This document shows positions 59,704 through 64,000 of a stretch of DNA of 64,000 bases, in pieces. Each line of letters begins with the position of its first letter. Position 1 is the first letter of the stretch. The stretch comes from Phormidesmis sp. GTDB lineage: Bacteria; Cyanobacteriota; Cyanobacteriia; Leptolyngbyales; Leptolyngbyaceae. The DNA lies in the NCBI GenBank assembly GCA_965248535.1, contig CBDFJR010000005.1, forward strand, positions 1,408,001 to 1,472,000, read 5' to 3'. The notes under the pieces were generated by a model. The model had not been told where the DNA came from. It saw nothing but the letters and a program-made list of their open reading frames with translations, and ran no database searches. Made by a program: the position numbers and the translations under genes.

Positions 59704-60795
59704 ATGTCTCGCCGTTCAGCCGACCTACAACGACTAATTATCTTAGGTCTGAGTGGGCCTATTGTTGCCCTCAACGTCTGGCTGGTAGCGTTGATGCTGC
59801 ACTATTTTGAGCATCTTGTGACGGTGCTGGTGGTGTCGGCAATTTTGGCGTTTTTGCTCAACTACCCCGTCGAGTTTTTTGAGCGGGCTAGAATCAGGCG
59901 CGTTGGGGCAGTGGTGATTGTGCTGCTGGTAGCCGTCACCATCTTGGTGATTTTAGGCGTGACGCTGGTGCCCGTTTTAGCCGCCCAGACCACCCAACTG
60001 CTCGAAAAAATTCCGGGTTGGCTAGAGGCAACTCGGCAAAATCTCGACTTCTGGGATGCTTGGGCAAAAACGCGCAGCTTTCCGATCGACCTCAAGAGCG
60101 CTGGCGGTCGAGTCAGCACCCAGATTGAGAACCAGATTCAAGAAGTCGCAACCCAAGCCCTCGGATTTGCCCTGGGAACCGTTTCTGGCTTGATCGACAG
60201 CATCTTAATCATTGTGTTGGCCTCCTATATGCTGCTCTATGGGGCGAGGCTCTGGCAGGGGTTGATCAATCTGCTGCCGCCCAAGTTTGGTATCCCCTTT
60301 AGTGAGTCGCTGCGGCAAAATTTTCACAATTTTTTTCTCAGTCAAATTCTGCTGGCGCTGTTTATGGCGGGCGGGCTGCTGCCGATTTTTTTGGTACTCA
60401 AGGTTCCCTTTACGCTGCTGTTTGCCCTGATCATCGGCATTGCAGAACTGATCCCCTTTATTGGGGCGGTGTTGGGCATCGGAGTGGTGACGATTTTAGT
60501 GATGTTTCAAAGTGTTTGGCTGGCGTTTCAAGTCGCGATCGCCGCCGTCATTTTGCAGCAAATCCGCGACAATGTGCTGGCTCCTAAAATGATGGGCGAG
60601 TTTACGGGGCTAAACCCTTTATGGATTTTTATCGCGCTGCTGATGGGGCTGCAAATCGGCGGTTTTTTGGGGGTGGTCGTGGCCGTGCCGATCGCAGGCA
60701 CCATCAAAGGCACGATCGACGCGATGCGAGGCGTTTCCCCCACCCAGGTGATTGTGACGGAGGTCGTTCATAAAGACTATCCGCCGATCGAGTGA
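59704..60795 (+). CDS. AI-2E family transporter
   Basis: AILAFLLNYPV, LIPFIG, PKMMGEFTGLNP, GFLGVVVAVP. Confidence 0.9.
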   Translation: MSRRSADLQRLIILGLSGPIVALNVWLVALMLHYFEHLVTVLVVSAILAFLLNYPVEFFERARIRRVGAVVIVLLVAVTILVILGVTLVPVLAAQTTQLLEKIPGWLEATRQNLDFWDAWAKTRSFPIDLKSAGGRVSTQIENQIQEVATQALGFALGTVSGLIDSILIIVLASYMLLYGARLWQGLINLLPPKFGIPFSESLRQNFHNFFLSQILLALFMAGGLLPIFLVLKVPFTLLFALIIGIAELIPFIGAVLGIGVVTILVMFQSVWLAFQVAIAAVILQQIRDNVLAPKMMGEFTGLNPLWIFIALLMGLQIGGFLGVVVAVPIAGTIKGTIDAMRGVSPTQVIVTEVVHKDYPPIE

Positions 60796-60891
60796 GTGAG
60801 GGAATGCTAAACTCGATTCCAGCTTCGATGCTCAAGCAATTTTCTATCAAAGACGGTGAACCTCTAGCTGCGTGATTGGAGACAACCCAAG

Positions 60892-61251
60892 ATGCGACAA
60901 GTTAATTTCTTAATCATTTTCGTGATCTGTTTAGCCCTCGTGTTGTTTGGCATTCAAAACACAGAACCAGCCGTGATTCGTGTCATCGAAGGCGTGCAGG
61001 TGCAGGCACCGCTCTCGATCGAGCTAATCTTAGCGATGGGAATCGGGGCAGTCATGGCCTGGGTATTTAGTGTCTGGAGTCAGATCCAGCGGATGTTAGA
61101 CACCCGCAAAGAGCTTCAGGTGCGAGAAGAACGCATTGATGAGCTTGAGCAAGATGTCGAACGCTATAAGGCAGAAATTCAGGAACAGCAGCGCTTATTG
61201 CCCCAGGGCATGACCCAAGATGCTGAGTCTACTGAAGTGTTTGCTCAATAA
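60892..61251 (+). CDS. LapA/DUF1049-family membrane protein
   Basis: LVLFGIQNT, second TM helix, coiled-coil tail. Confidence 0.82.
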   Translation: MRQVNFLIIFVICLALVLFGIQNTEPAVIRVIEGVQVQAPLSIELILAMGIGAVMAWVFSVWSQIQRMLDTRKELQVREERIDELEQDVERYKAEIQEQQRLLPQGMTQDAESTEVFAQ

Positions 61252-61270
61252 GTCAGGTCTGAGGGGCGGC

Positions 61271-61372
61271 ATGACCGATCCGGCTAGTCTTTGGAGTCTT
61301 GTGGTTCCGCTGCTGCTGCTAGGGCTGATTGTTCTGGCAGCCGGGTATTTTGTGCAGATCAAAATTAAGTAG
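61271..61372 (+). CDS. Putative 33-aa single-TM microprotein, not in ORF track
   Basis: MTDPASLWSLVVPLLLLGLIVLAAGYFVQIKIK*; GAGGGG 4 nt before ATG; fills the gap between co-oriented genes. Confidence 0.55.
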   Translation: MTDPASLWSLVVPLLLLGLIVLAAGYFVQIKIK

Positions 61373-61425
61373 TCGATTCCGCAAGATCGTGTCACCATAA
61401 AGCATTCACCCCTCCCCTTGCCTCC

Positions 61426-62277
61426 ATGACCCTTTCTTTAGCACAGGATGCGATCGCCCTCCTGATTGACCTGGCAGAACAGGGAGAGATCGACCCTTGG
61501 GATGTCAAGGTCATTGATGTCATCGATCGGTTTTTGAGCGAGTTGACTCCCGCAGCGATCGCCGGTCGAGAGCACTATGAGTCTAATCTCTCTCAGTCGG
61601 GGCAGGCGTTTCTCTACGCCTCGATGCTGCTGTTGCTCAAAGCCGATAGCTTGACCCAGCCCGAAGCGATCGTGGCCGACCTTGAGGAGTTCGACGGGGC
61701 AGACTTGCTCGACGGGGCGGTTGCGGGTGAAGCCTTGCCACCTCACTTAGAGCGTCAACTGCGGCGCAGAGCCGTAGCGCGACCGCCTCAAAAGCGGCGA
61801 GTCACCCTCAAAGAACTCATCGACCAGCTACAGCTAATCGCCACCACCCTAGAAGATGCCACGCCGCGCAGTCGATTGCGTCGCCCCAAACCTCAGTCTC
61901 GCGCTCAGGCCGTGCGAACGATCGCCGAACTCGCTCACCAAGAAAATCTCTCAGAAATGGCGGTCGCGATCGAGCAATTCTTTCACGACTATTGGACAGA
62001 AGTGGCCCAAGATAAAGAATGGATCGACTTCGATCTAGTGCTAGAGTTTTGGGTCGCCTTAAAAGATCAAAAACCTAAAGGAAGCGAAGAAAATCTCCAC
62101 GACGCTCACCCCAATCATGAGCGAGTCGGCGTATTTTGGGCACTGCTGCTGCTGTCGGCGCAAAACAAAGTCGAGCTAGCTCAAGAAGAATTTTACCAAG
62201 ATTTAAAAATTCGCTCTCTGCTGCAACTTGCCCAATCGGGACTGAGCGAACTTTCTGCAAGCGTTTTGCTCGATTGA
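61426..62277 (+). CDS. scpA: Segregation/condensation protein A
   Basis: GEIDPWDVKVIDVID, SGQAFLYASML, VTLKELI, VFWALLLL...VELAQEEFYQDL. Confidence 0.9.
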   Translation: MTLSLAQDAIALLIDLAEQGEIDPWDVKVIDVIDRFLSELTPAAIAGREHYESNLSQSGQAFLYASMLLLLKADSLTQPEAIVADLEEFDGADLLDGAVAGEALPPHLERQLRRRAVARPPQKRRVTLKELIDQLQLIATTLEDATPRSRLRRPKPQSRAQAVRTIAELAHQENLSEMAVAIEQFFHDYWTEVAQDKEWIDFDLVLEFWVALKDQKPKGSEENLHDAHPNHERVGVFWALLLLSAQNKVELAQEEFYQDLKIRSLLQLAQSGLSELSASVLLD

Positions 62278-62567
62278 GAGGCCGAGGTGGGCAAACTGGG
62301 GACGTTAAACCTGGCGATCGCAGCTTCGTCTAATTCGTTTTTTGGGACAAATGGCGGAATTAATCGGACTAAACCTTGCGAGTGTGTCACTTCTTACTCA
62401 GAACCGTTATAGTCACAAAAGGTTACGTCAAGGTCTGGTATTGCCGATCTTCTGTTTAAACCTTAGACTTGCCTCAGATTGATTAAGATTCAGTGCGGGT
62501 TGGAGATTCCTCCCGTCCAAGGCTCAAACGCTTGCAATATATCGGTGTAGGGTAGAGAGAACAATCT

Positions 62568-63746
62568 ATGAAAGCCATGATTCTGGCAGCCGGGAAGGGA
62601 ACGCGGATTCGTCCGATCACCTATACGATTCCCAAGCCCATGATTCCCATTCTGCAAAAGCCCGTGATGGAGTTTTTGCTTGAGTTGCTTAGGCAGCACG
62701 GCTTTGATGAAATCATGGTCAATGTGAGTCATCTAGCCTATGAGATTGAGAGCTATTTTCGCGATGGGCAACGGTTTGGTGTGCAAATCGGCTACTCTTT
62801 TGAAGGCAAGATCGTTGATGGTGAGCTAGTCGGCTCGGCGGTTGGCTCGGCGGGCGGCATGAAAAAAATCCAAGATTTCTCCCCGTTTTTTGACGACACG
62901 TTTGTGGTGCTCTGCGGCGATGCCCTGATTGACTTAGACTTGACTGCTGCGGTTAAGTGGCACCGAGAAAAAGGCTCGATCGCCACGGTGATCATGAAAA
63001 CCGTGCCTCGCAATGAGGTCTCTAGCTATGGCGTTGTGGTCACCGACGAAGATGGCAAGATCAAGGCCTTTCAAGAAAAGCCGTCGGTCGAAGAAGCCCT
63101 GAGCACCACGATCAACACGGGAATTTATATTTTTGAGCCTGAAATTCTTGACTACATTCCGTCTGGGCAAGAATATGACATCGGCAGCGAGCTTTTTCCG
63201 AAGCTAGTCGAAATGGATGCCCCATTCTACGGTTTGCCGATGGACTTTGAGTGGGTAGATATCGGCAAGGTGCCTGACTATTGGCACGCGATTCGCAGTG
63301 TTTTGAGTGGTGAAGTCAAAAACGTTGCCATTCCCGGCAAAGAAGTTGCTCCGGGCATCTACACCGGGCTAAATGTCAGCGTCAATTGGGATAAAGTCGA
63401 TATCCAGGGCCCCGTTTATATTGGCAGCATGACCTGCATTGAAGATGGAGCCAAGATCGTTGGCCCGGCCATGATTGGTCAAAATTGCTGGGTGTGCAGT
63501 GGCGCAACCGTTGATAACAGCGTGATTTTTGAATATTCTCGTCTGGGCCCTGGGGTGCGACTGGTAGACAAACTGGTGTTTGGTCGCTATTGCGTTGATA
63601 AGACCGGGGCGACGATCGATGTGCAAGCCGCTTCCCTTGATTGGCTGATCACCGATGCTCGACAAGAGCTTCCGACTCAGCTTCCGGCCGAGCATCAAGC
63701 GATCGCCGAGCTTTTGGGCACTGATCACAGAGTCGCTCATTCTTAA
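62568..63746 (+). CDS. cugP: NDP-sugar pyrophosphorylase, cyanobacterial UDP-glucose pyrophosphorylase CugP-type
   Basis: MKAMILAAGKGTRIRPIT...PKPMIPILQKPVMEFL, GSAGG, FQEKP, C-terminal hexapeptide repeats. Confidence 0.8.
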   Translation: MKAMILAAGKGTRIRPITYTIPKPMIPILQKPVMEFLLELLRQHGFDEIMVNVSHLAYEIESYFRDGQRFGVQIGYSFEGKIVDGELVGSAVGSAGGMKKIQDFSPFFDDTFVVLCGDALIDLDLTAAVKWHREKGSIATVIMKTVPRNEVSSYGVVVTDEDGKIKAFQEKPSVEEALSTTINTGIYIFEPEILDYIPSGQEYDIGSELFPKLVEMDAPFYGLPMDFEWVDIGKVPDYWHAIRSVLSGEVKNVAIPGKEVAPGIYTGLNVSVNWDKVDIQGPVYIGSMTCIEDGAKIVGPAMIGQNCWVCSGATVDNSVIFEYSRLGPGVRLVDKLVFGRYCVDKTGATIDVQAASLDWLITDARQELPTQLPAEHQAIAELLGTDHRVAHS

Positions 63747-64000
63747 ACCAGGTTGATCAAAAATGATCAGATCTACCCGATTGGAGGAAGTTCGCAGCAA
63801 TTTTCTCTCCTACTCTAGTAAGTGAATAGAGCACAGACTCCTTGGAGAGCGTTGGATGGGGGCATTCGGCGATCTCCAGGGACTTTTTTTGAGAAGTCTG
63901 ACCAAGACAGTCAGCCAAACTATTGAACCTAGCCAAGCTAGCTGAACCGTGGGCGTTGACGATGAAGGTTGCCAATTTTTGCAGAGCAGGGACACGGACT

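Noticed and set aside
1..64000. Very frequent GCGATCGC / CGATCG as a possible repeat system
   Set aside because: This is HIP1, a well-known genome-wide cyanobacterial motif; it is dispersed and not arrayed
63757..64000. Minus-strand ORFs at the right edge
   Set aside because: Two frames are open to the edge but neither has a recognisable motif; cannot be called without flanking sequence

Overview
Cyanobacterial chromosomal window: it carries apcABC, psb34 and ebsA and is dense in the HIP1 octamer GCGATCGC. The backbone is housekeeping genes (glyS 3' part, murD, recF, ribD, trmFO, hisH, apcABC, gyrA, larE, glf, thiO, thiG, argB, scpA, cugP-like), interrupted by several small accessory modules. 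(1) A tandem pair of membrane-anchored caspase-family proteases, both with an intact His/Cys dyad, flanks an EACC1-like small gene. One ends in a SPOR-like domain. The other is hidden by a 1-nt frameshift and would end in a type IV pilin-like domain. (2) An HTH-NACHT NTPase with a tetrapeptide-repeat tract lies head-to-head with a small 2-TM gene. (3) A ParA-family ATPase, also broken by a 1-nt frameshift, overlaps a HEPN RNase-like gene that has an internal 40-aa duplication. (4) A 5'-truncated group II intron (HNH tail plus domains V/VI) is absent from the ORF track. (5) Two long perfect palindromes sit at or next to gene truncation points, one beside a catalase remnant. (6) Two small genes are missing from the ORF track: psb34 and a 33-aa single-TM ORF. 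No rRNA, tRNA, CRISPR array, intact transposase or reverse transcriptase was seen. All family assignments come from recognising motifs by eye, not from database searches.
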